DNA of 64,000 nucleotides from the human T2T-CHM13v2.0 reference genome, Homo sapiens: NCBI RefSeq assembly GCF_009914755.1, contig NC_060930.1; one strand, 5' to 3'. Shown piece by piece: positions 13,646 to 28,099 of this stretch (position 1 is its first letter; each line of letters starts with the position of its first letter). The notes under the pieces were generated by a model. It saw only the letters and a program-made list of their open reading frames with translations, ran no database searches and was not told where the DNA came from. The position numbers and the translations under genes were made by a program.

Positions 13646-14617
13646 CAGGAAAGGGGAAAGCACAATGCCCAATAGGCATTGTGATCTAGAAACACCTTCA
13701 AACCCTAGGAATACTGCTTTAGCCCACAGATAGCACAAAAGGCTATCAGCCCTAAGATGAACCCAGAGTAGGAAAGGGCTCCATAGGTCTAGACTGTGAT
13801 ACAATCAGCCCTGCCCCTTGGGCCACAATCCAGCAAGGTGACAGATATGTCTTATTACCTTGATTGCAGTGGTTTCATGCATGTATGCAATACATGTTTT
13901 AATTTGAATTGTATTATATGAAGCTATTAATATCTTTAAGCTGTTAAAACAGATCATGAACTAGAAGAATGATTAGTGGGAAGTAGTATGGAATTTATGT
14001 CAAGCTGTCAAGCCCCAGCGGGAGAATCAATGCAGCCCCCTAGAGTTCAAGAGCAAGGCCATATTATCTGTAGCAGACAGTTGTCATTTTAAAAATGGTT
14101 CATGTGCTACCAGGCTCTGGTAGAGGGGGAAACCTTAACCACGAGCCATCATGTGACCATATACCTGGAACTGCCCATTATGTGCTAGGGGGTCAGTTAG
14201 ACCCATTAGATCAAGTTTGGCCACATCAGCATCAATTCTTCAAGAGATTAAAATGGTTCAGCCCAGGATTGAGCCCAAGTAATACCAGAGGGCACAAGCA
14301 AAGTGGATATGTGGATGGCCCAAGCCTCCCGGGCACCCCATATTGGTTTGCCTCAGAACCTTTTTTTAGGTTCACGCCTATGGATATAGAGGCCATTATG
14401 GCCAACGGAAGGAATAGAAGGCAGTTTGACTTATAGATGTGTTGGTCCAATGTGTGAAAGCTAAGGTGAATGGCAACTCTTTAATAGATGCGTTCAGGAT
14501 GGCTTTGAAATGCAGTGGCAAGACAAAGCTTTCCCAGTGAGAAAATGAGAGTACATCATGGGAAAAGTAACCCAAAGTGAGAATCCATACTAAGCTTCTT
14601 GGCAGTGAGTGCCAAGA

Positions 14618-14654
14618 AGTAAGTGCAGGGCAGTAAGTGCAGGGCAGTAAGTGC
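14618..14654 (+). repeat. 14-bp tandem repeat AGTAAGTGCAGGGC, 2.6 copies
   Basis: Read directly. Confidence 0.9.
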
Positions 14655-17600
14655 CTTGGCCAGCCTATCAGGAACTTGGAAGGAAACGGACTGGAACATA
14701 AGGATGTCTGGGGTAGATGCTTGTGGAAAAACATTTGGGAGTAGTAATGAAGTGTTAACATATCACATGTTTATGCCTACCAGAGTGCTTCACCATGGAA
14801 TAGGCATGCAAGTAGCCAGGCAAAATAACTTAACCAGTTGATGTTACCATCCAAGAAAGGCTGTGGTCCAATATGTGGATTGGGCAGAATAGCAACAATG
14901 GTGGCTATGCAAGGGCCTAAAAGCATGGGTTCCCACATACCAAGGCCAATCTAGATACCAGTTATGAATGTTTAATCTGCCAGCAATAGAGACTGATAGT
15001 GAGCCTCTGATATGGTATAACTCAAGAAGGCCAGTTGCTTGGCAGAAAGTTAACTGTTAGGCCCCTTCCATCTTAGAAGGGCCAGGAATAGATTCTAATG
15101 GCATAGATACGTATTTCCGGTATGGGTTTGACTGCCCTGCTCAGAGCCTCAGCCAGGTCTTCTGTCTCTGGGGACTCAGAGACTGCTTTATCCTACAGCC
15201 ATATAATCCCATGCAATATGGCATCTGACTAGAGGACCTATTATGTATTGAAGGTATGGAAGACAGCTCATGACTGTGACCCACTTGTATCATGTACCAC
15301 ACCATCCAAGGGTTGCCTGCCTGATAGAGGAGGAATGACACACATCTGATGCATTAGGTCAGAGGCATTACTCTAAGAACAGGAAACCATCTCTAAAGAT
15401 GCATTGTATGCATAAGTCAGACCTTGCTACAATAGGAAGATCTCGGACCTGGGAACAAGAGGTACAAGAAGAAATGTCCCCACTTAACTTTACTCCCAGT
15501 GAAGAACTGAGGGACTTCATATCTTTAAAAGTCTGGACTCTGTAGTGTTAGGGGCCCTGGGCCCGTAGGGGGTACCTTTCACAGGGGAAGCAGCAAGAGT
15601 CTCAGTGAAGCTACTGGTGTTTCCAGGACACTCTGGACTCTGCCTAGGGACTAGCAGGTGAGAAAAGACACCTAGCTTATCAGGAGGTTGTGGGGCCCTG
15701 GTTACACAGTAGGGGCAGGAAGAAAAGTATGGAACTTACCTGACCCATTCGGGCACTTCTTGGTGCCACTGACAAATTGAAACTCAGTAAAATACAGCCA
15801 CCCAAGTTTGAAAAGTATGGCTACTATAGGCTCAGACTTATCAGAAGTCAATTTCAGTCATATTACTAGGCAAAGCATGGATACCAGAGGTGGTATCTGA
15901 GGGCAATGAGAATATTGAGTAATGAGGAGATGAGCATTAGTTGTAGCCCTTAGGACGATGGTAATAAGGGATCTAGTTCATTTAACTTTTCTCCAAGCTT
16001 TTAGTACCAGAGGCCCACTGCAACCCTGGAGGACCAACATTTTCTCTGAGCATGCTGTAGAGCCAGATCCACGTGGTTCAAGGAGTGGTCTGTGACAGCC
16101 ATAGCGGCAGGCCATCTAGGTCTCCCTCCCAGGAAGGGTCCAATACCTGTGGGGAATGCAGTCATCTGACAGCTTCTAGCTATACCACCTTTGGGAGCCA
16201 AAGCAGCATTTGAGCTAAGACCATGTTTTCCCCAGTAATTTGCCAGAAGAACAGCAGGGGCCTTAGAGCCAAGCTACCTCTGCTCAGTGTGGGCGAACTC
16301 ACACTTGAGGTGATGCTCCCCTGTGGTCTGAGCTGATTCCCACCCAGTCTTCTCCTTTAATAGGCATCAGGACTGCATTTAGTTTGAAGCCATTCCCTGC
16401 CTATTTCTGGCTCCCTTTCCCACCTGGGCTTTCAAAACCATAACCCCATAACCCCAATAAGTCTCTTGTACTTTCAAGTCCACAGGATTTGAGCAACTTA
16501 GTTGGTGAATACTAAACCTGCACTGGTATACAAAAGTACTTGAACAAATGGCTCTTGGTGCCAAGATGGACTACTTCAGCAGCTCTCACTTTGTATGTTT
16601 TGGCAAGGGTAGGTAGAAAGCTACTTAGGCTATTAAGGCTAGATACAAATGTTGGGAGTGCAGGGTGTGTGCTAGATATTGCAAGGACTGGAAGATGAGT
16701 TGACTTGTGGGTATTGGAAACAATGGTATTCTGCCCTGGTAAGATTCTAGAAGGGTGAAGAAATACAGAAAATAGGTCCTAAACCATTTTCCACCCCTGG
16801 AATCTTGAGCATTGGTCAGAACAATTCTATGAATCTGCCTCTTGACTTAAGGATGCCCAGTTTGTTATAATCTGAATCCAGGGAAATCCCAGCCGTAAGA
16901 GCAAGGTATCTAACATATTACTGGCCTCTTAGCCAGACAACTTCCAGTCCATAGATATGAGCTGGAAAGGCCAAAATTTACTTAATAGTACACCTCTGAA
17001 GTTTCACTTCTAACCCCTCTAGATAAGGTTGTCATCTCACAGCACTTTCCCCTATGGTTTCTAGTTGTTTGTGACTGATTTCTCCCTGCCTTTGACTCCC
17101 TAGAACTAAGTCATTGTCACAGACTAGTACCTGTTAAAGTCAATTCCGGTCCCTTAAGAAAAGGTAATGGATACCTACTGCTTCTCATTGGCCTTCTTGA
17201 ATTACAAGAGTTGTTGGTGTATCACTTAAGATACAGAAACACTGCTGCATAAATTCAGGTTAGACAGTGACTCACCTTTATTTGATAAAGTCCCCTCAAA
17301 TGTGGACACTTGCTTAGTCCCATTAGTTCAGAGCCAAAATGCTTTTCCTAATACTTGGGAGCTAGAAGGTATCCTTTCAAACTTGAGATTCAATTATGTC
17401 AGCCTAGTCATCCTCAGACTGAATTAACTTCCATTGCTACTGTACTGGGGTTTGTTATTTGGGATTTTGTCTTAGTTTTAGAAAGGCAGAACATGATATG
17501 CCTCAGTATGAAAATTTAGTCTGTGGGACAAAGAAAACATGGCTTTTGCAGCCCCTGATGTAGAATGACATGTGAAGGTTTTATGCCTGTTGACACAAAG

Positions 17601-19339
17601 ATATGGTCCAGAGGACCAAATTAGTGGCTAAAGCTACAGACCTAGCATCTCAGCTCCAGTGCCACTCTATTCAGTAACTGGAGTTCTTGAGGTCCCATGT
17701 AGTTCTAGGTCAGGCCAACAGTCTCTCCCACCACAAATAACCAAGACAAAAGGTACTGGTTCTATGCCCAAGCAGGGCTTTACCATCACAACTTGAAAGC
17801 AAAAGGCAGTGCACAAGCAGGAAGCAGCTCATGGTCATCATCCTAGAATCCCCAGAGTTCAACCTCCAAGCTTTATCTGTGACTTGGGATGCTTCCAAGC
17901 TACTCACTTTGGCTGGGTAAGCCAATGGGACCAGGTTTCAACCATGAGTACAGTTCTCTAGTTTCTAAAGTGGCTGGCACAAATTGCTAAGTGCTCTGAG
18001 AGTTTAGGGGGCCCTGAACCAATATGGGGTAAGTCCTGTGATCTGAACCAATATAACTAAGAAATAGCTCCTGGAACAGGGACTACATCTTTTACACCAG
18101 GCAAAGACCAGATCAAAAAAAAGCACTCTTATCCCAAGTCTATCCTGGCAGTGACAGCCTTCTTCCAGAAGTGCAGCCTGCTATCCACTGATTTTACCTA
18201 TAAGAGTCAAAATGCAACTACATGGCCTTGGAGAATAGCTTCTTTGCAACCACAGCAGCACCTAGCAGTGCATAGACAAGACACATTCTAAGTGCTTCTG
18301 TTACCTTCCACCATCATCATGACCAAGACGGATAAGTCAGGGCACATAGTATGATAATCCTGACATGGCAGAAAGATGGACTAGATACACAAGGATATAC
18401 CCAGTATGTGTTTCAACATCAGGTACTCTTCACATTGACATGTCATCTATAAGTCAGTATGAAGCAGTGCCTGAAGGGGGATGAACATGTCTTATCTTTG
18501 AAATTGACTTCCAACTATTATGAAGGATTCTACTTATCTTTCAATGTAGGAGTCTACAAGCCAAGCCAAGCCAACCCCTGGCTGAGAATTGTGGCAAGCA
18601 CTTCACTGTGTTCAAGTTTAATGTCTGCAAGTAGAGCTGGCAAGAGGCCTTGGGTGGTCTATGCCAGAAGATCCATAGGGTAACACCAGAGGAAGCCAGA
18701 ACAATGAAAGAACAGCTTTTCCTTGTGATAAAACAAGAACCAGCAGCCAGTCAGCAGGGTAAGGGTTGCATGTAGTCTGTGGCTGCTGCCTTTCTATTTA
18801 TCATGCAGGCCTTTTGGGCACCTGGAGCCACATGAACCAGACCTACCATCTGAGCTGTAGACAGCTGCTGTCTAGTTCACACTGCTCAAGACCAGAAACA
18901 ATGAACTGGCTTCAAGGTCCAAAAATCCCATGCCTATCTGCCAGATGAACTATAGCAGATGATCGGTTTCAGGTACAGGGAAACCCACACTGGGCCTGCC
19001 ATCAATGGTAACTTTGCCTGAGCCTACCTCAGTGCCAAGGCTCCAGCAATGTCCTAAGTCACCATCCACCACCTTTCCACTTTTTTCTTGCTGCCAGATC
19101 AGTACAATCACCCAGGCCTGATCGTGGAACAACACACCAACTATCTAGAACTCTGGAGATCTGGTGTTTCAGGGCTGTGGTATCATTTTGCAAGTTGGTG
19201 CTAGTCAGCCTGCTGTACTCATTCAATTCTGTCTCGCTGCCCAAGCATCTGCTCCAGTTCAATAGTGTAGGGCAGGGAGAGGTGGTCTAGAGAATTAGCG
19301 CACCATTCTGATTTGCTCTTCAACTCCTAGGCCATGACA

Positions 19340-19770
19340 GACAGGTACGACATAGGTAGTATAGTCTTCTGTGGGAACCACGGGAACACAGATCTGACTG
19401 CAGGGAGTATGATCAAGCATTGTCCCCCACTGTTATGCTTTAAAATCAATTGTTATATTGTACCAAGACCATACTTCTCACAGCTACTCCCTGCCATGAT
19501 CAGTCATTGGCTATAAGACTAAGGCAGTCTGTTCTTGGGAGGTGTGAGACTTCTAACATGCATTTTTGGCTAGAAGATTCTCCTTACAGCTGCATTGTAA
19601 GCCAAGATAATTCCACCCAACTTTTGTTCCTCTTGTTTTAGAGCTACATTGTAATCTGACAGCTCCCCTCGCAACCTCTTTGGGCCCTCACCATTTTTGC
19701 AGGTGTATCTCATAGTGTGTTGCATATTTAATACAGTTTTGGTATCTTTCTTGCAGGACCTGGGCTACCA
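19340..19770 (+). mobile_element. LTR16-type ERVL LTR remnant
   Basis: CAGTCATTGGCT...GACTTCT...TTTTGG core and a ...GCAGGACCTGGGCTACCA end resemble LTR16C/E. Confidence 0.5.
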
Positions 19771-22700
19771 TACTTCCTAAACTTATAGAATTCACTATCA
19801 TCTGACACTTAAGTGATCTTATATAAAAGATTTCAGAAGAGAACATTTCCCAGGTTGAGGCTGGAATAACCCTGTTATTATAGCTGCAGAAGACCATAGG
19901 TGCATCTCTCTCAAACCTGGATACTGTAAGTCTTTACACTTTTAGAAAAAAGTCACTCAGGAAATGTGAAAGCAATAATACTATGACCATGTAGAATTTA
20001 TTGCAGGAATGCCAGGTTAAACATTAAATCATTAATTTATTACATTAGCAAAATGGAAAGTCATCAATAAATACAGAAGCAGCATGGTAAAGTAATACCT
20101 GTTTATATAATTGAAACTGGGAATAGAAGAAAATGGCCTGAAGTTGTAACTATCATTTATTGCCCTTGATTTTGAACTATTACTTCTAAATAGGAAGAAG
20201 GCAACAAGCTTACCATTTCTCCCTAAGACCATATTAGAGAGGTCATAGCTAATGTAATAAGGCAAGGAGATTTGTATGTAGTATTTGCATCTACATGTAC
20301 AAATGTTTTCTCCTCTATGGAAGTGAGCAGGCAAGGCAGGGTTGACTTGAGTTCTACCCACAGCCTCTGCCCCAGTGGACTGAGGGGAAGAAATGCAGTT
20401 GGAGGTTCCCAAACCACTTTACTGTGCTTCTACCACTTCAGAGCCCAGGGACAGGGTGGGGGCTTCAATTGCAGCCTCTCCATAAGCTTCTGGGAAGACC
20501 AAGACCCTGACAGAGCGAGCAACAAATGCCAAGGAAGTATGGTCCCAGATAAGCAGGGGCATTGGCCAGATAGAGATACTATATTCAAGGGCAGCCCTTC
20601 CACTGATATTCTGACTAGTCTGTGGTAGCTCAGCAAGGCTCAGAATGAATGAACAGAGCTTGGAGCTGAAACTGAGCAGGTGGGAGTCAGGAGGATCTTC
20701 TCAACTCTAGCCCTTTGGCCTCTCTGCATCCCCTAACGTGAGCCCACCTTATACACAGCTTGGGAAGCAGAGCAAGGAACCTCTGTCCTGGTTGCTGGCA
20801 CCAAGGTCCTTTTCACATTTCTCCCCCCCCGCCAACAATCCTCCCATGGAAGTGAGCAAAGGCACTGGGATCACTAAGGATCTTGGCTATTTCTCTCCAC
20901 TTAATTTGTAAGGCCTCTAACTGTAGTCTTAAACCAGATGAATTATTTATATGTGGCCATAACAGCAGAAGCTGGGGAAACCCAAAGGCTCATAGCTTCT
21001 CCCATCCTCTAATAAGCCTGCAAGGAGCCAAGAACCCTCCTTGATCTGTTGATAAATCCTCCCCCTTACACACTGGCCCTCAGTGTACTTCCATTCCCTG
21101 AGTTGTCTAGGGAGTTCCTTGCACTCCTGGTGCAAAACACAGTGAATTGTCTCATTTCTACATTTGTTGAATTGACATGTTCATGTAGAGGTTGGGAACA
21201 TGTAAATGGGGCTGCTTCAATTCTTTAATAAGGCTGCCCTGTCTCAAATCAGTTTTGGTAGAGTCCCTCGTGACTCGACTCTGCTAAAACTGAAATCCTT
21301 GGCTTTAAATACTTTCTATTGTAATGTTTACAGCATCCTAATAACCAACTTAATTTCTTCTGTGAATGGCTTACATATTGTTAATGGTTGAGAACATTCC
21401 TATCAATGTTAGCCTAATAAAGGTCATGAGAAAGTAATAAGGTTATACTTAGAGGTAGTCTTTAAAGTATTTTTTAAATGCTTTGCTATAAAAGATGCTT
21501 CTAGTATCTGTATATACCCTCTGTCCAGTTTCAGCTGTAGTTCCACAGAAGCTGAGATATGCAGGAACATGATTGGGGTAGTTTTCCACATTTGTTCTAG
21601 ATTTAGTTCCAGTAAGAGCAGCCTAGTAGCTGTCAGGCTGATAATCTACCAACTGAATATAAAAGTCCATTAGATAAATGCCCCAGCTTGCCAAGCTTAC
21701 CACTGACAACCCTGCAAGGCATCCTGTATGCCTCAGGAAGTTTCACTGGAATCAAGCTCCCCTAGCCCATGGAAGTCTCCATAATGCTTTCTTTCCTTCA
21801 TTTTTTCCAGCTTCCTGGTCTCTGCATTTTTGGGATTCTCAATGAGGCCACTTTGTACTCTGCTTTCAAAGAGGCTAAGCTATGACAGTTAGATGACACC
21901 TCAGAACACATTCTCAAGATGGTAACCTACAACCTAAAACAGTTTGAGAACAGATACCCCAGTGCTGGTGGGAAATAGACTGGTGGTAAGCCCCAGCTTG
22001 CTGCAGTGTCAGTTACTAAGACTCACCTTTGGTGTATTTGCATACAGCACAGGCTGAAGGGAAAACATTTCGGCCATGGGCTATGTAATAGTTCTGCCCT
22101 GGATTCAATGGTAATTATGGTTTTGTAGAGTTGGCTGATACTTGCTAACTGCTTTTGAAGTCTGGAAGAGGATGACAGACTTAGAGCAGCCAACTATCAA
22201 CCAAAACAAGGCATGCCATGATAGCTAGGCCTCCATGACAACCTTGGAAGAGACATGTCCTAAACCTAAAGGGTTTAATTAGACTGAGCCTGAAGAGTAG
22301 CAGAGCTGAAAGTAGATAAGACAATGCATAGCATTAATATGTCTTCTATACTAAAGCCAAGGACCCAACAAAGTAGGATAACCCTGACCCAGGTATCAGA
22401 GTCCTAAGTAGATGAGCCCAAGAATGTTGACTCAGATTCCCCTGAGGCATTCAGGATGGAAGAAGCAGGCCTCTACCTCCTGCAAGTAGAAAGCCACTGC
22501 CCACTGAGGATCACACTAAACCCTGAAGAAGACAAGATGACGTTTGTCACAAAATCTTTCATTGCATCAAGGCAAATAACTAGGGCCAGCTCTCAGCACA
22601 GCCTGAGGAGGAAAATGTATCTGCTTCAGGAGGAACTTATTGCTGAAAGACTTGCATGACCTAATATATACCAGCGGTAACTGGGAGGTATCTCTTGATG

Positions 22701-23214
22701 GTGTTAGATTGGGGGTAACCTAAATATAAGTCTGAATAAGCAAAAGTTTAATGGGATGGCACTCTTCTGTGGTTAAGGATTTAACATCTCAGAAGTGATG
22801 ACTGGTTTTACACTGCTGGGATTTCTACCCCCTCCAACACCACTACAAGGCTTGGATGTTACAATGGTTTTTACAAGCAAGGTATAAATTTTAGAGCTCT
22901 ATCAGCAGAGCATAACTGTGGAGTTCAGATGCTGAATAGGGTGGGAGTGATCTTAAATCGTCACATTCTTACAGAGAACTCACAAGCTATGTTCCTTTGG
23001 GTGGGCTTAGAGGACATATCCTTCACTAAGGCAGTAAGAAATGCATTTGAGGAGAATGAGAATCATGTAAGCTCAGCATCAGCTGTCTTCTGTAGGCCAA
23101 GAGTGACAATAGGAGATGCTGCCACAAGACAGGGCTCCCTAGATGGAGATGAGACAAGAATTGGCACTTATTTAGGGGCTAGGGTGATTATAATTGTAAT
23201 AGTAACCGAGTCTT

Positions 23215-23248
23215 GTGTAGTCAGTTTATCTGGTGTAGTCAGTTTATC
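23215..23248 (+). repeat. 18-bp-period tandem duplication (GTGTAGTCAGTTTATC x2)
   Basis: Read directly. Confidence 0.9.
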
Positions 23249-24191
23249 AGGGATCTTTGACCATGGCTAGTAACACCATGTTCATAGAGGGTGAGGAAGA
23301 TGGGCAGCTGACTCAGGCACTTGACTTGTAAACAAAAGAGCCAGTAAGAAGGCTAGTGTCAGCCAGCCCTATGTGAAATCAATTTTTCACACCAGTTTCT
23401 AGATCTAAATCAGTTCTCAGATCCAGAGCCCATTGCTTGAAGAAACTGGATTCCATTGAAAGTTAGCTCTGGAATGCCACCACAAGTGTACAAGTATTCC
23501 ATCAATTCTTTGCCCAAGGAATTCTGTGTTCATTTACTGGAAATGTATACTGGGGAGCCATAAGAGGCCACAGATTTAAGGTCCAAGCTGAAGCCCAGAG
23601 AGACTCAATGTGATCTTGATTCTCCAGAACAGGGGCCAGATAAGTGACATATAGCTTAAGGCAGTCTGAGTCCAATGGGTCCAAAGACAGACCCTGCTCT
23701 CCCTGCCCCCATGAAGTGTTGTTTCAAGTTCCTCAGTTCCACTTAGGATGGATAGACTGAATCTGGCAGGACTCTTAGTTGGTTTCTTGGCCTGAGTTTA
23801 GGGCATGAGGAGGAGCAACTTTAGGGGCTTGGACATAGTGCTTCCTAAAATACTGGTTCCGAGTAACATTAAATTCTTCTATCACTTAGGATGGGAACTT
23901 CTAGCACTGGATCCTTTATCACATTTACAATCTCCGTACAAATATGCATCATGGCAAATATTGACAGATAATATAGATCCGATATCCCCAATTGTATCTG
24001 CTTTGCTAGATGCAGCATCTTCAATATCAATTTGATGTTCACTTCACAGAGCTTAAAGTACTAAAGAAGTCTAGCAAACATGTTCTTTCCAGTCTGATTA
24101 AAGGTAGTTTATACTTACATGGGAAGAATAGTACAACTTCACAGCCTTGCGAGTCTTAATTTTCCTGCTTTCACTATGTAGACTACAGGAA

Positions 24192-24499
24192 TTTTTAATT
24201 TTTATTTTCATTTATGAGATGGAGTTTCACTCTTGTTGCCCAGGCTGGAGTACAGTGGCACTATCTCAGCTCACTGCAACCTCTGTCTCCTGGGTTCAAT
24301 AGTGATTACCTTGCCTCAGCCTCCCAAGTAGCTGGGATTACAGGTGCCCACCACCATGCCAGGCTGATTTTTATGTTTTTAGTAGATACAGGGTTTTACC
24401 ATGTTGGCCAGGCTGGTCTTGAACTCCTGACCTCAGGTGATCCACCCGCCTTGGCCTCCTAAAGTGTTGGGATTACAGGTGTGAGCCACCACGCCAGCC
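24192..24499 (-). mobile_element. AluS (Sq/Sp-like) full-length
   Basis: GAGATGGAGTTTCACTCTTGTTGCCCAGGCTGG...GACCTCAGGTGATCCACCCGCC...GAGCCACCACGCCAGCC, with an eroded poly-T tail. Confidence 0.95.
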
Positions 24500-25233
24500 A
24501 ACTATGGTAATCTTGACCACATTTGTACAAGACACTATACTGATCCTCCATATTGAAGATGTCATGCTAATCGGATCTGATAAAAAGGAGTGTCAAGTTC
24601 TCTGCCTGCCCTAGAAAGACACACATGCCAAGGGAGAGGAACCCTACAAAAATTCAGGACGTTCTCATATTTGAGACTGATTCTAGTCACGTGATACATT
24701 TCATAACATCCCTAAAGGTTAGCAACTGATTAATGGCACAAGACAGTACAAGATGCAGTAAAGAAAGTACAAGATTCAGTGAGTTATCAGGTTATGGTGA
24801 AGGCTTTTTGTTTCAAATGGGGCCCAAAGCAAACAAGCTGCATAAGAAATTTAGATCGTGCCATCTGTTCTTTCACTTTGTCCATGTAACAACCAGTTCG
24901 ATGTTGCAGAGATCTTTTGTACTAATGGTGGCATATGGAGATGAGTAAGCCACAGTATGACCCCCCCACTCAAGTTTCTGGAAAAAAGTCGTAACACCTG
25001 TAACAGATTTAGTCATAAGACACCTAATATACTCCTGGGTCCTTGCAGAGACAGAAAACTGGCTTTGGGTCATCAAGTGACTATCTAGAGCTGTCCATTT
25101 TGAGCTAAATTTGGACAGACTCAAATCATAAGGTTGGGTGGGCACAATAAAAGTCACTCAAATGGACACATTACATTGAGTGGATTATGAGGTCTTGAGG
25201 GCACACACACACAAGCAGGCATCCAGACCTTAT

Positions 25234-25377
25234 GTCACCTGCCTTTTTACCCATCCCACTCAGTTCATACCTATTGTCTCAGATGAAAGTTTCCTACAGT
25301 CAAACGTCACCTACCTTTTTATCCATTCCACTCAGTTCATACCTATTTTCTCAGGCGTAAGTTTCCTGAAGTCTAAC
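25234..25377 (+). repeat. 72-bp diverged tandem duplication inside ERVL pol
   Basis: GTCACCT(G/A)CCTTTTTA..CCACTCAGTTCATACCTATT.. occurs at 25234 and 25306. Confidence 0.9.
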
Positions 25378-27108
25378 AGGAGGGGAAAACCCAACTCTAA
25401 TTTCAGATGTGTCAGACCATTGAAGGTGCTGTTGCTACATTACAGCTCCGTTAGGGAAACAATCCCTGAAGAACAGTGATAAGGGGAAGTTCTACTGGAC
25501 AGAGCTTCAAACAGTATCTAAGTTAGTTTTGTAGAGAGGTGACCTGAGGTGAGGATATGTAGAGACTTCCAGGCAGAGGGCTTTGCTTCAGGTGCCTGGA
25601 AGGAATGAGATGGGATGAATGGATACCAAGGTCTGGGAAGGAACAAGTAGTTGGAACTATAAGAGTGACAATCATCTGTCTCATGTCACTTGGAAGTCAT
25701 CCAAGGATAGCAACAGGTTGACACCTGTCCTTTTGAAGCCAGTCAGCCTCTGCCCTTGACTATTTTAGTGCTTCAAGTGACCCATAAATGAAATATTAAC
25801 AGTGGCAGGAATGGAAGCTATGCATGGACCTGACAGCATGAACTTTAACCAAGACACTTTCAGCTACTGCCACTGCTGAATAACCTATAAGCAGCAAAAG
25901 TTTATATCTTTATAGGGAACCCTATAGCACCATTACTCAGTAAGATTGAACAGCCTCTTGGATACAAGTTGAATACTGGATTCCTTCTACCCTAGGAGCA
26001 GCAGTGATTCATCTTTATTGGAAATATTTGAAATATGGGCTCACTTCTTCCCAATGTTTTGGCCAGCAGCACTGTGAGGACTCAGATTTACTAAAGTTAC
26101 ATGAAATATCACTTAGGTAGCATTTTCTCTAAGGAATCAATTCTATCGTGAATAGCTACAGAACAGGCACATGATGAAGGGAGCTACTGGTCCCACCAGA
26201 TTAAAGATCTGAAAGCCCAACGAGATATTAAAATGGTCTCTTAAAAAGGTAAGACACCAAAGAGCCAACTTGGACACAATTCTGCAACCCTGAACCACAA
26301 ATGAATTATATACTTAAAACCAATGGCTATTATGAAGGCCTGTTCCCAATAACTACATTTTGTGGGGCTTGGAGGCAAGTTATAGAAGGAATATCCCCTT
26401 CCTACCATACTAGACCAATCTGAAGTATTTGTACTTCTTTACCATATACACCTTTAAGTTCTGTTGGACTTGAACTTCTGGTTCCCTGGAAGGGAAGTGA
26501 AAGGAATGTCTCTGCAGGAGGCACAGTGAGGTGTCTACTAAATCTGAACTGATGGTAGACCAGCAGGCAAAAGGAAGGACTTAGTATGTTGGGAGGAATA
26601 GCTGACCATTATATAAGGTTGCTGCTGCATACTGGGGATAAGTTTGTCCAGAAAACACAGGATGCTTCTTGGTGTACCTGTTTTGGATAACTCAATAGGT
26701 ATTTGCAGTGACTATAAGGAAGGAAGACATATCAGGGCCCAATTCCTTTGAACAGTAGTCTTTGGGTTATCCCAACAGGCAAGCAACACAGACCAGGAAA
26801 AGTACAGACAGGAAATAAATGGAGTGTGAAGTGGGTGAGGGTAATGGAGGGAGATTAGTATTAGTTATGACATCAGGACAAACTTGAAAAACGGATTGCA
26901 GCTCATCCCATTCATCCTGTTGTAATTTTGTTAAGCATCTGATGCTTCTCTCAGTATACCAGTTTTAAAGATGTAAGTGACAGGGGCAGCCTGTCGAGTC
27001 TCAGACTAGGGTGTCAATGTCAGAAACAGATTTCAGGTCCAGACTTAATTTTAAAGGTGGCCATGAAAATAAGTCAGAATCTCCTTCCTAAGTCTGCTTG
27101 GTTACCAC

Positions 27109-27165
27109 TTAGGTTGGTGCAAGAGTAACTGCAGTTGTTGCCATTATTTTTGCTGGCAAGAACTA
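27109..27165. mobile_element. MADE1 (Hsmar1-derived MITE) partial
   Basis: TTAGGTTGGTGCAAGAGTAACTGCAGTTGTTGCCATTA...TGGCAAGAAC matches the MADE1 terminal inverted repeat. The right arm is lost. Confidence 0.75.
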
Positions 27166-28099
27166 TGAAAGTACTGTGTATGAAGTTATGTAATACTATT
27201 TTTATTCAATACTATTTAAAATATGTATAATACTATGTGAAAAGGAAAAAAATGCAAAGTAGTTTGTGACATGGTTCAAATTCATGTTGAATAATGACAT
27301 TCTCTAGAAAAGCTACCACCATGGTTTAGCAACAGCATTATATTAGGTTTTGCTCACTTGGGTGGGGTGCTATTAAAGCCATTCTCTATGTAAGATTCGT
27401 TTGAGTTTCTGGAAGTACAATTGCTGGTTCAAAGGATGTAGAGATTTAGTTGTCACAGCAAGTCATCTAGACATTTGTCCCTTTCATGTCTTTGATTATC
27501 AAGTTCTACTAGGCCATCAGCACATCTCCAATTAACTAGTGGTGAGATAGTCACTAGCAAGACTTGACTTCCCTTCCACACTTAAAGTCAAACACTGGTC
27601 GATAAGGTCTATAAATCTTGGTAGAACCAAGTAGATAAATGGGCCAATGATGGAACTAAGTTCACAAGTAGAACAAGATATGAGTATCTTTGCATCCTTG
27701 TCAACACAAAAATTATCTTAATGAACTCAAGTCAAGTACCTTGTTAGAAGTCAGTCCATGCTCTTAGATTTAAACCCAGGTCAGTGACTGGTTACTGGCA
27801 ACTGCACAAATCCTGATCTTGAACCTTTGCATTTCAGCCTGACTGCCATATCTATTAAATGAGTCAGTCAATTAATATTTCACCTTCTCTGAAGGAGCAA
27901 GACACTCAAAGTCAGGGTCAAACAGTGTGCCAGAAACTGCTAGTGGTTGCCTCAATGTTTATTCTTTTCTTCTGTCGTAACATTTATTCTGGGCACAGAG
28001 ATGATATAGGCCCCATCAAACTCCTTTGCATTTTGTATTCTGCATATCCCCTCCTCAATCATTGCCTAGCCCCTAGATGGCCAATTCCGAAAAACTAAT

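Larger units (their letters stand above)
12300..16500 (+). mobile_element. Decayed, internally deleted ERVL provirus with LTR16-type LTRs (ERV3-16A3-like)
   Basis: The 5' LTR 3' half (~12440-12590) is homologous to 16340-16500. An integrase-like segment at 15040-15140 resembles WQVDYIGPLP..GIDTYSGYGF. A PPT-like AAGGAGTGGTC precedes TGTGACAGCC at 16091, the 3' LTR start. Confidence 0.7.
21520..27000 (+). mobile_element. Decayed ERVL provirus (LTR plus gag-pol remnants)
   Basis: LTR-like end AGGCTAAGCTATGACA at ~21888. RT-like CATATTGAAGATGTCATGCTAAT (HIEDVML, cf. YIDDIML) at ~24550. Integrase-like ACAAGTTGAATACTGGATTCCTT at ~25965. Interrupted by an Alu. Confidence 0.65.

Noticed and set aside
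24214-24462. Alu-derived ORFs (also 34725-34976, 36672-37111, 54263-54574)
   Set aside because: These are typical Alu translation artefacts.
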